The notes under the pieces were generated by a model. The model saw only the letters and a list, made by a program, of their open reading frames with translations, did no database searches and was not told the DNA's origin. Made by a program: the position numbers and the translations under genes. A stretch of DNA of 64,000 nt, counting the filler, from an uncultured Methanosarcinales archaeon (GTDB taxonomy: Archaea > Nanobdellota > Nanobdellia > Woesearchaeales > BS150m-G63): the NCBI GenBank assembly GCA_964630685.1. It is 5 parts of 5 records of this genome, joined end to end, with 100 filler letters (N's around TTAATTAATTAA, not from the genome) between each part and the next. Parts side by side here need not be neighbours in the genome. Positions count along the whole stretch, not along the records: positions 1 to 30,235 come from CAZVVW010000001.1; positions 30,336 to 55,893 come from CAZVVW010000002.1; 3 more parts are not named here. One strand, given 5' to 3'. Position 1 is the first letter of the stretch, and every line of letters starts with the position of its first letter. Below are positions 29,088-39,351 of the stretch, one piece after another.

Positions 29088-30235
29088 AACAAATAATTTG
29101 GGTTATGATGGTTTTGATTTTGGTGGGAGCTGGTGTTGCAGTAGATGTTTGTGTTGTTGTGGAATTTCCAGATAAAATTGAGAGCGAATGTTTAGATGTT
29201 GATCAAGGAATTAGAGGGTATGAATTATTGGAAGAAAGTAGTTTTAGCGCTTTTTGGAACGAATATCATGGTTTTGGATACATGTTGTGTAAAATAAATG
29301 GTGTTGGAACTAATGCTGCTGTAGGTGGAGGATGTGAATATGCTGGAGAATATTGGGCGTTTTATACTGTAGATGATGGAGAATTAGCATATTCAATGGT
29401 TGGATTGAGTAGTTATGAAGTAAATGATGGAGATTTATTATTGCTAAGCTATGGAGACGGAACTTCTGTGCCTTTGCTGTTACAGATTGATAATTTAAAA
29501 GCATATGTTAATGGAGACAAAGATAAAAATGTAGATGAAACTGGTGGAGTAATTAAGGATGTTAGTCCAGGTTCTGTTGTGAAACTGAAGTTTGATATCA
29601 AGAATCTGTTTGATAAGGATACTGATGTTGGGATGGAAGATGTTGAATTGAGAGTGATTCTTAAGGATATTGATGATGGCGATGATTTGGAATTGGAATT
29701 TGAAGAGGTTTCTATTGACGCAGATAAAGAAGAAGAAATTGAAGTGGAATTTGAGATTCCTTTACAATTGAAAGAGAAAAATTATGAGCTTGTATTGGAA
29801 TTGAATGGAGAGGATGATTTTGGAGTGAATTATGAACAAAATCTTGAGTTTGCAGTTGAATTAGATAAAACCACTCATGCGCTTTGTCTTTTTGGTGATA
29901 TTGATAATGTGATTGAATGTGGCGATACAGCTAAGTTAGATATTGAATTAGTGAACATAGGAAAAAGAGATGAAGATGTTGCACTTTCAATATATAGTGA
30001 TGGATTGGGATTTAGTGTTTCTGAAAATATTGAGTTGGATAGTAACTATAAAGACGATGACAATAAGTTTGAGAAGAGCTATTATGTTGATGCATTGACT
30101 AGGGGATTTTTTCCAATAACAATTAAAGCAGATTATGGCACTGATGCTGAACAAGTGGTTGTTTACCTAAATGTAAGCTGTGAAAGTGGTCTAGTTAGTG
30201 ATGTTGATTCACTTGTTCAACAACATTTAGATATG
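29084..30235 (+). CDS. Secreted DUF4430 (transcobalamin beta-domain-like) protein with S-layer/Ig-type domains, truncated at contig end
   Basis: Signal peptide, then FGYMLCKINGVG..YWAFY..SMVGLSSYEVNDGDLLLLSY, followed by acidic beta-rich domains. Confidence 0.78.
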
Positions 30236-30335
30236 NNNNNNNNNNNNNNNNNNNNNNNNNNNNNNNNNNNNNNNNNNNNTTAATTAATTAANNNNNNNNN
30301 NNNNNNNNNNNNNNNNNNNNNNNNNNNNNNNNNNN
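30236..30335. other. Artificial contig junction (N44-TTAATTAATTAA-N44)
   Basis: N run with a six-frame-stop linker. Confidence 0.95.
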
Positions 30336-32209
30336 GTTCCTGGACAGGTAAGGTTTTCGTTGAGTGTTAATGAAGTGTTTAAGTTCATGTCACAACCTAC
30401 TTGAGATGTTATTATTCCATTACATATACAATAATTTGAGTTTTCACAAACAGTATCATCACCTGCCCAACAATCTTTTCCTGAACATCCATCTTCACAA
30501 GTTGTGCTTGCATTAGTTTGAGAACAATAACCATCATCACAACCTATATTTAGACAATAACTAGAACACCCTATAGAATCATAAGCATACTTAATCTGTC
30601 CACCGAAATTGAATTTAAGAGCTATCTGTTTTTCTGTTGGAGCTAGTTTTTTACTTATTTCTGAAGATGTTTCTGTACATAGGAAAGGATTTGCAATCAC
30701 GCTTTTTGTTGATTCATCCCAAGTAAATGGGAAGTTTTCATTTCCACATTTTAATTTTAAGAATTGTAAATCATATCCGGGATAATTTGCGTTAGATTGG
30801 TTGGTCCAATTAGTGTTCCAATTACTTTCATTTCTTGGATATGGAAGTTCACTACTATCATTAACTGCTGTAATTATTAATGGGGCTTTTCCTATTGTGT
30901 TAAATGAAACAGTCCAATTATCGTTTTGGTGAACATAAGTGTCAATGTTTATGATGTTAATTTCTACTCCAAATTCTTTTGTGCTAAGATTTGTTTTCCA
31001 TTCTATTACATCTGTAATATTATCAGAATCTAAATCTTCTGCTGTAAATGGAATTTCTTCTTTTTCTTTTGTTAAATCATATACGTTAATAGCTTTTTCA
31101 ATTTGTGCTAAAGGAATTATCTGGAGTATGGCTAAAGGTACTGTTACATTTTCATAATGTTCATCTGACCAAACAGTGACTATTGTTTTAAATGGGTTTA
31201 TTTCTTCTATAGCCATATTAGGCCCAGGAAGTTTATGATGTATTTCTATACATCCCAATTCTTTTCTGATAGTTATTTGGTCTTTTTTGATTATTGAATC
31301 TTCGAGTGGGATATTATTACAACCTCTTGCTTTGATATTATATGCTTGTGGATGTAATTCTTCTTTGAATTTTAATTTTCCTTTAACTTTACGGTTTAAA
31401 TTCAGCGTTTTAACAAATTCTATTGGTTTTCCTGCTGTTATTTCTCCATAAGTTGTGCTTTCTGTAACTTCTAATTCAGGCATAGGCATACAGCAGTACA
31501 TCTCTCCTTTGTAGGCTTCTCCAACTAAGTTTCCTTGTTGTGTTGGTGGAGCGAATAGATTTGAAAGCCAATTCCAGAATTTAGTTAAGAAATTATCTTG
31601 CAGGTTTGGATCTATGTTGTAGGCTTTTCCTGCTAAGTTTTTTTCATCTGCTTTTGGAGATTGTTTTTTCTTTTCTTCTTGAGGTTTTTCTTCTTTTATA
31701 TCCACTTTTTGTGGTTTTAATTTATTTACATCTATAGAAGAAGTTGATTTAGAAGTTTTCTCAGACTTTTTCTTTATTTTTACCTTACAACTAAGTGTTA
31801 ATTTTTCTTCAACATATTCATCTTTTTTACATTTTGACCTACATCTTCCACCTTTTTGTTCACAGTCAGTTTCTTTTAATGATTTAATTTCTTTTATTGG
31901 TTTAAGGGATACTGATTTTTTTGTATCTTTATTTTCTGCTTTTTCATTTGCTTCTTTTAATTTTTTTTCTTTTTGTGCGTTTTTGATAACCTCCGAATTT
32001 GCTGGATTAGCAGTAAGTTTCCCTGTAATATCTTCTTCTGAAAATGTTTCTTGGATATTTTCCCAGATATTTTCAAAGAAGCCGACACCTTCTTCTTGGG
32101 AGTTAGAATTAGTGGATTCAGCTACAACAGAAGTTAAGAAGAGGAGTGATAAGAATAAAGCTATGACTATCTTAAACCCTGCAGTTTCCATATAATTTAA
32201 TCTAGTCAT
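30336..32209 (-). CDS. Large secreted Cys-rich surface protein, truncated at contig end
   Basis: Signal peptide, Cys-rich modules and many N-X-S/T sequons. Runs into the N gap. Confidence 0.75.
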
Positions 32210-32453
32210 TTTTATTTTTGGGAGTTTTTTTCCTCTTTTCTTGTAGAGACGTTAGTCTCTTCTTTTTGGATCTGTTGTATACTGTCCAGACATTCCTCTC
32301 ATCTCTATTAATGAGCTCACTAATTTGATGGTATGTTAAGCCTTTCTTTTCTTTTAAAAACTCAACAATGGCTTCTAGAACGCTTATAGAGTTATCTCTA
32401 AGAACATTGGACGGAATCCATACATTAGAAGGTGTTTTGGGCCTCTTTTTCAT
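32202..32453 (-). CDS. Small HTH (sigma-70 region 4-like) DNA-binding protein
   Basis: IPSNVLRD..SVLEAIVEFLKE..LTYHQISELINRDERNVWTVY. Confidence 0.75.
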   Translation of the reverse strand: MKKRPKTPSNVWIPSNVLRDNSISVLEAIVEFLKEKKGLTYHQISELINRDERNVWTVYNRSKKKRLTSLQEKRKKTPKNKND

Positions 32454-32460
32454 TATTTTT

Positions 32461-32719
32461 TACATACACTGTATGTATTTTTAGCTAGCTAGTTACTAAT
32501 TTTACATACATTGTATGTATTACNNNNNNNNNNNNNNNNNNNNNNNNNNNNNNNNNNNNNNNNNNNNNNNNNNNNNNNNNNNNNNNNNNNNNNNNNNNNN
32601 NNNNNNNNNNNNNNNNNNNNNNNTTAATAAATGTTTCTATTTTTTACATACATTGTATGTATTACTTAATAAATGTTTCTATTTTTTACATACATTGTAT
32701 GTATTACTTAATAAATGTT
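32461..32719. repeat. Array of the palindrome TACATACA-N-TGTATGTA (at least 4 copies), two inside a 42-bp tandem unit; spans scaffold gap 32524-32623
   Basis: Copies near 32461, 32503, 32645 and 32687. Unit ttaataaatgtttctattttttacatacattgtatgtattac occurs twice after the gap. Confidence 0.8.
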
Positions 32720-32733
32720 TGGATATTAGAATT

Positions 32734-33399
32734 CTATTTTTTCTTAACTACAAAGAAAGCATGGTCTTTTTCATAAGGATCCAGAACTCGATAATCAACT
32801 ACTGTGGTTTTTTGGTTTAGTTCATCCATGACTTTTTTAAATATTTCTTTTGGCTTTTTTGTTACATCAATACTTCTTGCTTTAATTGCTAGTAACCCAA
32901 AACCACCTTTTTTCAAAAACAGATCATAATTTTTCATAAAGATTCCAACTTGATCTCTTTGAGCGATGTCTTGATAGAGAACATCTACTTGAGGAACTTG
33001 AGAATAATCTTCTGGATGATTTGCACTTTCTAAAAATGGAGCTATATTTTTTCTTTTTTCGCACATGAAAATAAAATCTCTCATAACTCTTGGAGAGAAT
33101 TCTACTGCAAAAATAAATCCTTTTGTACATATATCTGAAATATGGCTTACTGTTGTTCCAGAAGCAGAACCAAGATATAAAACTAAACTGTTTTCAGTTA
33201 TGCCTATTTGTGAGATTCCTTTGGTCAAGGCAGCGGATAATTTGCTTCTTTCAGGATCCCATTGCCTATATTCTGTTTTCCCTTCTTTGAATAATCTTTC
33301 ATCATATACTCTTTTTCCCGGTACCGCATTGATTGTATAGATTTCTTTTCTTTTTTCTCTTATAAAGATTTCTGGAAATTTATAATTTAATTGTTTCAT
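32734..33399 (-). CDS. flpA: Fibrillarin (box C/D rRNA/tRNA 2'-O-methyltransferase)
   Basis: YRQWDPERSKL, VLYLGSASGTTVSHISD, YQDIAQRDQ, IKARSID. Confidence 0.96.
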   Translation of the reverse strand: MKQLNYKFPEIFIREKRKEIYTINAVPGKRVYDERLFKEGKTEYRQWDPERSKLSAALTKGISQIGITENSLVLYLGSASGTTVSHISDICTKGFIFAVEFSPRVMRDFIFMCEKRKNIAPFLESANHPEDYSQVPQVDVLYQDIAQRDQVGIFMKNYDLFLKKGGFGLLAIKARSIDVTKKPKEIFKKVMDELNQKTTVVDYRVLDPYEKDHAFFVVKKK

Positions 33400-34295
33400 T
33401 TTGATTTATTTCTAGTTTTATTTTTATTTTGATTATTAGTTTTATGATTATTTTTATATTTTTTAAAATCATTTCTAAAATCTTTTCTATGATTTTGTTT
33501 TTGGAGTGGTTTTTTTTTAAATTTAAAATCTTTTTTGTAAATTTGTTTTGATAGTGATTGTTTGGGGAATTTTTCTTCTAATTCTTTGTTTAATTTATCT
33601 CCAATAAATTTTCCTTTAAAATAATCTACTTTTACTGCAATGCTTATTTTATCTGCTAGGGTTCTTGCTCTTTTTCCGTGTTCTGCTTGTTTAGCAGATG
33701 CGATTAAAGGATGTTTGATTATTATTCCATGTCTAGGTGGTTTTGCTCCAGTCTTCATATGTCTGAATAATGCTTTTTCTGCTCCTAAAACTTGGATTGT
33801 TGAAGCTGGCATAAACATTAATCTTTTTAGACTACCTACTTTAGCTAATAATTTTGCACCTAATGTTGCTCCAGTAACAGCCAATAGATTTGGGCAGATA
33901 TTTTTCATTGAAGATTCAAGATATTTTTGAAGCTCTTTTTTTGAAATATACAATTCGTTGATTTGTTTTGCAAAGAACAAAATTGCAGAAATATCTTTTT
34001 TATCTAGATCTGCACCCATACTATCTTTGGCATTTATTTCTTTTAATAAGGTTTTTTTATCTTTTTTTATTATTAATTCAGTAAATTTTTCTTGATTAAA
34101 TATTGATTCTGAGAATTCTGGATTGTAAAGAGAATACCATTCTCTCAACCTTGTTGTTAACATATTTGCAACTTTATCAATATCTTCCATTGCATTTATA
34201 GCTTGAATTATTAAATTATCTTGATGTACAGACTCTTTTAATTTCTTCTTAACTAATTTTATACTTTGTTCTCTTAATTTGTCAAATTTTCCCAT
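33396..34295 (-). CDS. nop5: Nop5/Nop56 box C/D RNP protein (lacks the N-terminal domain, basic tail)
   Basis: RLREWYS, PASTIQVLGAEKALFRH, PPRHGII. Confidence 0.93.
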   Translation of the reverse strand: MGKFDKLREQSIKLVKKKLKESVHQDNLIIQAINAMEDIDKVANMLTTRLREWYSLYNPEFSESIFNQEKFTELIIKKDKKTLLKEINAKDSMGADLDKKDISAILFFAKQINELYISKKELQKYLESSMKNICPNLLAVTGATLGAKLLAKVGSLKRLMFMPASTIQVLGAEKALFRHMKTGAKPPRHGIIIKHPLIASAKQAEHGKRARTLADKISIAVKVDYFKGKFIGDKLNKELEEKFPKQSLSKQIYKKDFKFKKKPLQKQNHRKDFRNDFKKYKNNHKTNNQNKNKTRNKSK

Positions 34296-34384
34296 GTTTC
34301 TTGTTTTATACTACCTAACTTTTAAAAGTTTTGATTTTATAGTTGTACGAAAGATTAATATATGAATATTATTTTGTTTTGGTT

Positions 34385-34924
34385 ATGCTTGAGATAAGGA
34401 TACATGGAAGAGGTGGTCAGGGTGCAGTTAGTACTGGTCAAATAATGGCGATAGCTGCTTTTCATGACAAAAAAGAGAGCCAAAGTTTTCCTGTTTTTGG
34501 AGTAGAAAGATCTGGAGCGCCAGTCCAGGCTTTTGTACGAATTTCCGATAAAAAAATAAATCTCAGAAGTCAGGTGTATAATCCTAAAATAGTTGTGGTG
34601 CTTGAACCTTCTTTAATTGAAGTTGTTGATGTTACTCAAGGATTACCTAAAGATGGATTAGTGATAATAAATTCAGATAAACTAGCTAAAGATTTTAAAC
34701 TGAATTGTAAAGTTGAAACTATTGATGCTACGAGTATTGCAATGGAAGTGTTTGGAAAGCCAATTGTTAACACTTTGATGATTGGAGCATTTGCAAAAAT
34801 AACTGGGTTGTTATCTAAAGAATCGTTAAAAAAAGCAATGGATGAAAAGTTTTTATATTCAAAAGGTAAAAAGATAGCTGAATTAAATAAAAAGGCTATT
34901 GATAAGATTATGGATCAAAAATGA
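34385..34924 (+). CDS. porG: Pyruvate/2-oxoacid:ferredoxin oxidoreductase gamma subunit
   Basis: [11 protein letters not shown] and [10 protein letters not shown] motifs. Confidence 0.93.
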   Translation: MLEIRIHGRGGQGAVSTGQIMAIAAFHDKKESQSFPVFGVERSGAPVQAFVRISDKKINLRSQVYNPKIVVVLEPSLIEVVDVTQGLPKDGLVIINSDKLAKDFKLNCKVETIDATSIAMEVFGKPIVNTLMIGAFAKITGLLSKESLKKAMDEKFLYSKGKKIAELNKKAIDKIMDQK

Positions 34925-35181
34925 GTAAATTGAAAATAAGTTGTGGTGGGATAATTGAAGATTGCGGTTCAACTAGAGCTAACAAAACAGGTGGATGGAG
35001 AACATTTAAACCAGTTAGAGATGTTGAGAAATGTATTAAATGTATGAAATGTTGGATGTTTTGTCCTGATCACTCTATAGATAAAAATATTGAAGTGAAT
35101 TTAGATTATTGTAAAGGATGTGGAATATGTGCTGAAAGATGTCCTGTCAAAGCAATAGAAATGGTTAAAGAAGAAAAATGA
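34921..35181 (+). CDS. porD: Pyruvate/2-oxoacid:ferredoxin oxidoreductase delta subunit
   Basis: [10 protein letters not shown] and two 4Fe-4S motifs ([24 protein letters not shown]). Confidence 0.93.
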   Translation: MSKLKISCGGIIEDCGSTRANKTGGWRTFKPVRDVEKCIKCMKCWMFCPDHSIDKNIEVNLDYCKGCGICAERCPVKAIEMVKEEK

Positions 35182-35230
35182 AAAACAAGAAGATTTAATA
35201 TCTTTAAGTTTTCCATTTTTTAAAAAGAAA

Positions 35231-36370
35231 ATGAAAAAAGTAATTGAAGCAAGTACTGCGGCGGCTATTGGTGTTAAATTAAGTAGGCCTGAAGTAATAC
35301 CCATGTATCCTATCACTCCGCAAACCCACATTGTTGAAAGATTGGCAGAATTTATTAATGATGGTGAACTAGATGCAGATATGATTCATGTTGAATCAGA
35401 ACATTCTGCAATTTCTGCAGCTATAGGTTCACAAGCAACGGGTGTAAGAACCTTTACAGCTACTGCTTCTCAAGGATTGGCATTAATGCATGAAGTGTTA
35501 CATATTGTTTCTGGAATGAGACTTCCTGTGGTGATGGAAGTTGCTAATAGGGCTTTATCTGCCCCAATTAGTATTTGGAATGATCATCAAGATAGTATTT
35601 CAGCAAGAGATACTGGTTGGATTCAATTATATGTTGAAAGTGCTCAAGAAGCTTTAGATACTGTGATTCAAGCTTTTAAAATTACCGAAGATAAAAATGT
35701 TTTATTGCCTGCAATGGTTTGTTTAGATGGATTTACTTTAACTCATGTGTTTGAACCAGTCGATGTTCCTAGCCAAGTTAGTGTTGATAAATTTTTACCA
35801 AAATATAAACCCTCATTTTGTTTAGATCCAAAAAAACCAATTACTATGGGGCCTATTGCATATCCTAATTCTTTTACTGAATTTAAAGAGGCAGAACACT
35901 TAGCTATGAAAAATACTTTGAAAATTATAAAAGATACTAATATTCAATTCAAAAAACAATTTGGAAGGGGGTATGGCGATGGTTTAATTGAAACTTATAG
36001 ACTTAAAGATGCAAAATATGCTGTTGTTTGTATGGGAACTATTGTTGGGACTTCAAGGGTTGTAATAGATAAATTAAGGAAAAAAGGTAAGAAAGTTGGA
36101 TTAATAAAATTAAGATCATTTAGGCCATTTCCATTTGAAGAAATGTTGAAAGTTACAAAAGGATTAAAAGCAATAGCTGTTGCCGATAGAAATATTTCTC
36201 TTGGTCAAGAAGGTGCTTTATTTTCAGAAATAAAATCTGCTTTGTATGGAAAAAGTAAAACAATCGTTAGTGGATTTATTGTTGGATTAGGTGGTAGGGA
36301 TGTTAAAGAAGAAACTATAGAAAAAATGTTTAATAAGATAAATAATGGGGGCACTATTTGGTTAAAATGA
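35231..36370 (+). CDS. porA: Pyruvate:ferredoxin oxidoreductase alpha subunit
   Basis: YPITPQT, VESEHSA, TATASQGL, NRALSAP, GLGGRD. Confidence 0.95.
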   Translation: MKKVIEASTAAAIGVKLSRPEVIPMYPITPQTHIVERLAEFINDGELDADMIHVESEHSAISAAIGSQATGVRTFTATASQGLALMHEVLHIVSGMRLPVVMEVANRALSAPISIWNDHQDSISARDTGWIQLYVESAQEALDTVIQAFKITEDKNVLLPAMVCLDGFTLTHVFEPVDVPSQVSVDKFLPKYKPSFCLDPKKPITMGPIAYPNSFTEFKEAEHLAMKNTLKIIKDTNIQFKKQFGRGYGDGLIETYRLKDAKYAVVCMGTIVGTSRVVIDKLRKKGKKVGLIKLRSFRPFPFEEMLKVTKGLKAIAVADRNISLGQEGALFSEIKSALYGKSKTIVSGFIVGLGGRDVKEETIEKMFNKINNGGTIWLK

Positions 36371-36636
36371 CTTCACACCATTTGATTACAGAAGGATTTA
36401 CAAGAACTGTTTGTCCTTATTGTTGGAGAACTATAGATGAAAGAGAATGGGGTTCAGAATTTGAAGGTGAAGTTCATTATAAAAGTGCTGTTTGTGAATG
36501 TGGAAAACAAATAAGATTGACTGTAGATTTTCAAGGTTCAGGGCATGATGAGTGGCAAGAAAGAACAACATCTTTTTTGGCTAAAAAAGAAATTGAGAAT
36601 CAATCAAATACTTCAATTGAGGATAAATTAAAATGA
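36367..36636 (+). CDS. Small Zn-ribbon protein inside the por operon
   Basis: CPYC..CECG. ATGA overlaps with both porA and porB. Confidence 0.7.
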   Translation: MTSHHLITEGFTRTVCPYCWRTIDEREWGSEFEGEVHYKSAVCECGKQIRLTVDFQGSGHDEWQERTTSFLAKKEIENQSNTSIEDKLK

Positions 36637-38630
36637 TTTTAGGATTAAACGAAGAAGAATTATTGGAATTTGGACATAATGCTTGTGCTGGTTGTGGTGA
36701 AGCGTTGGCTGCGAGATATGTTATGAAGGCAGCTGGAAAAAATACAATAGTTGTAAATGCTACTGGTTGTTTAGAAGTGTTTTCTACACCTTATCCTCAA
36801 ACTGCATGGAAAGTTCCTTGGATTCATGGAGCTTTTGAAAATGCATCTGCTATTGCTTCTGGAGTCGAAACCGCACTAAAAAAATTAGGAAAGAAAAAAG
36901 ATGTAAATGTGCTGGCTTTTGGTGGGGATGGCGGAACCTTTGATATTGGGTTTCAATCATTAAGTGGAATGGCTGAGAGGGGACATAATGTGTGTTATGT
37001 GTGTTATGATAATGAAGCTTATATGAATTGTTTAAGTGTAGATTCTTTAGTTATGACAGAAAAAGGTTTGAAGAAAATAACTGAAGTTAAAAAAGGAGAA
37101 ATGGTTTACGCGTTCAATCAAAAAAATTATCAATTAGTACTAAAAAAATGTATGGGTGTTTTTGACAATGGAAGAAAAAGAGTTTTTGAGTTAGAAACGC
37201 TGCATCATAATATAAAAGCAACGGGGAATCATCCTTTTTTAGTGTTAAAACATAATAGAAGAGGGAAAGAAAACACTTTTGTATGGAAAAATTTGGATAA
37301 GATTAAAAAAGGAGATGAAATAGTTACACTAAAAAAAATAAGTGAAGGTATTTCATATATTTTTAAGAAAATAAAATTAACTAAAAAAGGAGATTATAAA
37401 GTAAATAAATTAAATAAGGTTAAATTACCCCTTAAATCCAGTGTTGAGTTAATGAGATATTTTGGAATTTATCTTGGTGATGGGTGGATAAGAAAAGAGC
37501 GAGGAGAATTGGGATTTGATGTTCCCAAAAAGAATCGTGCCAGAAAAAAATTATTAGAGTTACAGAAAAAAATATTTAAGTTAAGTGCTAAAACAGATGA
37601 TAATTATGTTTATGTTAATTCAGTAAACATAACAAAATTTATTGATTCTTTAGGGTTTGGAAAAGGTGCAAAAAATAAAATAATTCCATCATGGATTTTT
37701 ACACTTCCAGAAAAAGAAAAAATTGCATTTGTTGATGGATTAATGCTTTCTGATGGTTATAAACATGGGAAAAGTTGGAGATATGTTTCAGCGAGTAAAG
37801 AGTTATTATCTAGATTGAGATTGCTTCTTCAAACCATGAATTTTAGGGTTGGCAAAATACATTGCCAAGTAAAGAAAAAAGGAACTCATTGTGTTTATAG
37901 AAATCTTTTGAAGGATTCTTCTTATGGGTATATATGTTTTAGCAAAAAAAGCAAACCAAAAATATCTAAATATATAAGTCAATATAAATATACTAATTTT
38001 TTAATAGATAATCTTAATTTTGATATAGAAAAAGTTAAGAACGTAGTTAAAAAAGGAGTGGAATCAACTTTTGATTTGAGGGTGGATGGAGAGCATAATT
38101 TTGTTGCCGATGGAATTGTTGTACATAATACTGGCGTTCAAAGGTCTGGGGCCACACCTAAATATGCATCTACTACAACTTCTCCTGCTGGAAAAAAAAT
38201 TCCAGGCAAAACAGAGTATGCTAAACCTATGCCATTTATCATGGCTGCACATGGAATTTATGTTGCTACTGCCAGTATTGCTTATCCACAAGATTTAATT
38301 AGGAAAGTTAAAAAAGCATTGAGCATGGATGGACCTTCTTATATTCAAATTTTTAATTCTTGCCCTCTTGGTTGGAAACATAAATTTAATTTAGGAATTA
38401 GGATAGCAGAATTAGCATATAAAACAAATGTGTTCCCCTTATATGAAATTGAAAAAGGAATTGTAACAATTAGTAAAAAACCTGTACAGAAAACACCTGT
38501 TGTAGAATATTTAAAACTACAAGGCAGATTTAAACACTTGGGTGAAGAAGAAGTAAAAGAAATACAAGGAAATGTTGATGCTAAGTGGGAAAAATTGTTA
38601 AAGCTTGAAGAAACAAAAATTGGTTTTTGA
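36633..38630 (+). CDS. porB: Pyruvate:ferredoxin oxidoreductase beta subunit (intein-containing)
   Basis: [28 protein letters not shown]|intein|TGVQRS, CPLGW. Confidence 0.95.
   Translation: MILGLNEEELLEFGHNACAGCGEALAARYVMKAAGKNTIVVNATGCLEVFSTPYPQTAWKVPWIHGAFENASAIASGVETALKKLGKKKDVNVLAFGGDGGTFDIGFQSLSGMAERGHNVCYVCYDNEAYMNCLSVDSLVMTEKGLKKITEVKKGEMVYAFNQKNYQLVLKKCMGVFDNGRKRVFELETLHHNIKATGNHPFLVLKHNRRGKENTFVWKNLDKIKKGDEIVTLKKISEGISYIFKKIKLTKKGDYKVNKLNKVKLPLKSSVELMRYFGIYLGDGWIRKERGELGFDVPKKNRARKKLLELQKKIFKLSAKTDDNYVYVNSVNITKFIDSLGFGKGAKNKIIPSWIFTLPEKEKIAFVDGLMLSDGYKHGKSWRYVSASKELLSRLRLLLQTMNFRVGKIHCQVKKKGTHCVYRNLLKDSSYGYICFSKKSKPKISKYISQYKYTNFLIDNLNFDIEKVKNVVKKGVESTFDLRVDGEHNFVADGIVVHNTGVQRSGATPKYASTTTSPAGKKIPGKTEYAKPMPFIMAAHGIYVATASIAYPQDLIRKVKKALSMDGPSYIQIFNSCPLGWKHKFNLGIRIAELAYKTNVFPLYEIEKGIVTISKKPVQKTPVVEYLKLQGRFKHLGEEEVKEIQGNVDAKWEKLLKLEETKIGF
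37029..38129 (+). mobile_element. Intein (367 aa) with LAGLIDADG homing endonuclease
   Basis: Starts CLSVDS, block [16 protein letters not shown] and DGLMLSDG endonuclease blocks, ends [12 protein letters not shown] with Thr at +1. Confidence 0.95.
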
Positions 38631-38649
38631 TTTATTTATTTATTTATTG

Positions 38650-39333
38650 TTATTTTATTGTGGTTCCAATAAATTTTTTATTGTTGAGATAATTTTTTAA
38701 ATTTTTGAGATTTGTTCCTTTCATGATTACTGTTTTTAGTTTTAGTTTTTCTGCTAATTTGCTTGCTATAGGGTCAAAAGGATAATTTGCGCCAGGAATC
38801 CATTTATTTCCAACAATTTTTCTGAATTCTTTCCAAGTTGTTTTAGTTATTGGTTTGGCAGATTTGTATTTTTTAGGATCTTTAGTGTAAGCTTTTGTGA
38901 TATTACTTAGATTAATGATTGTTTTTGCTTTGAAAGTTCTTGCTAATAGCACTGCATCATAATCTGTTGAACAACCAGGTTTCCAACCACAGGCGATAAG
39001 TAATTTTTTGAATCTCATTTTTTTGGTTGGATTTTCTACAATTTTATTGTGGGCGATTTTTGAAAAAATCGTTTTTACTAATTGAGCGTTTAACCAAGTA
39101 CAATGAATACCTAACCAATCTAATTCTGTTGAGTTTAGTTTTGAAAGTGATTTAGCTGTTTTTTGGTAATTTCTTGCTGTATGCCCACCACCACAGATTA
39201 AGATAAATTTTTTTCCTTTTTTTATTTCTGAGAGAATAAGTGACTTGAATTTTTTTAGAAAAAGGGGGTTTATTTTATCTGGTACTATTAAAGAACCACC
39301 TAAAGATATAACTATTACCTCTTCTTTTTTCAT
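38650..39333 (-). CDS. pyrH: UMP kinase
   Basis: ISLGGS, CGGGHTARNY, PGCSTDYDA, PFDPIAS. Confidence 0.93.
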   Translation of the reverse strand: MKKEEVIVISLGGSLIVPDKINPLFLKKFKSLILSEIKKGKKFILICGGGHTARNYQKTAKSLSKLNSTELDWLGIHCTWLNAQLVKTIFSKIAHNKIVENPTKKMRFKKLLIACGWKPGCSTDYDAVLLARTFKAKTIINLSNITKAYTKDPKKYKSAKPITKTTWKEFRKIVGNKWIPGANYPFDPIASKLAEKLKLKTVIMKGTNLKNLKNYLNNKKFIGTTIK

Positions 39334-39351
39334 ATTTATTTTATATTAGAT

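Noticed and set aside
30280..30291. Recurrent TTAATTAATTAA inside N runs (also at ~55938, ~57250, ~62514) as a biological repeat
   Set aside because: It is an artificial six-frame-stop linker joining contigs. Adjacency across these junctions is not evidence of linkage.
32461..32719. CRISPR array
   Set aside because: The units after the gap are identical tandem copies with no unique spacers, and no cas genes are in the window.
32515..32820. 101-aa ORF with a repeated NKCFYFLHTLYVLL peptide
   Set aside because: It is a translation of the N gap and the non-coding tandem repeat.
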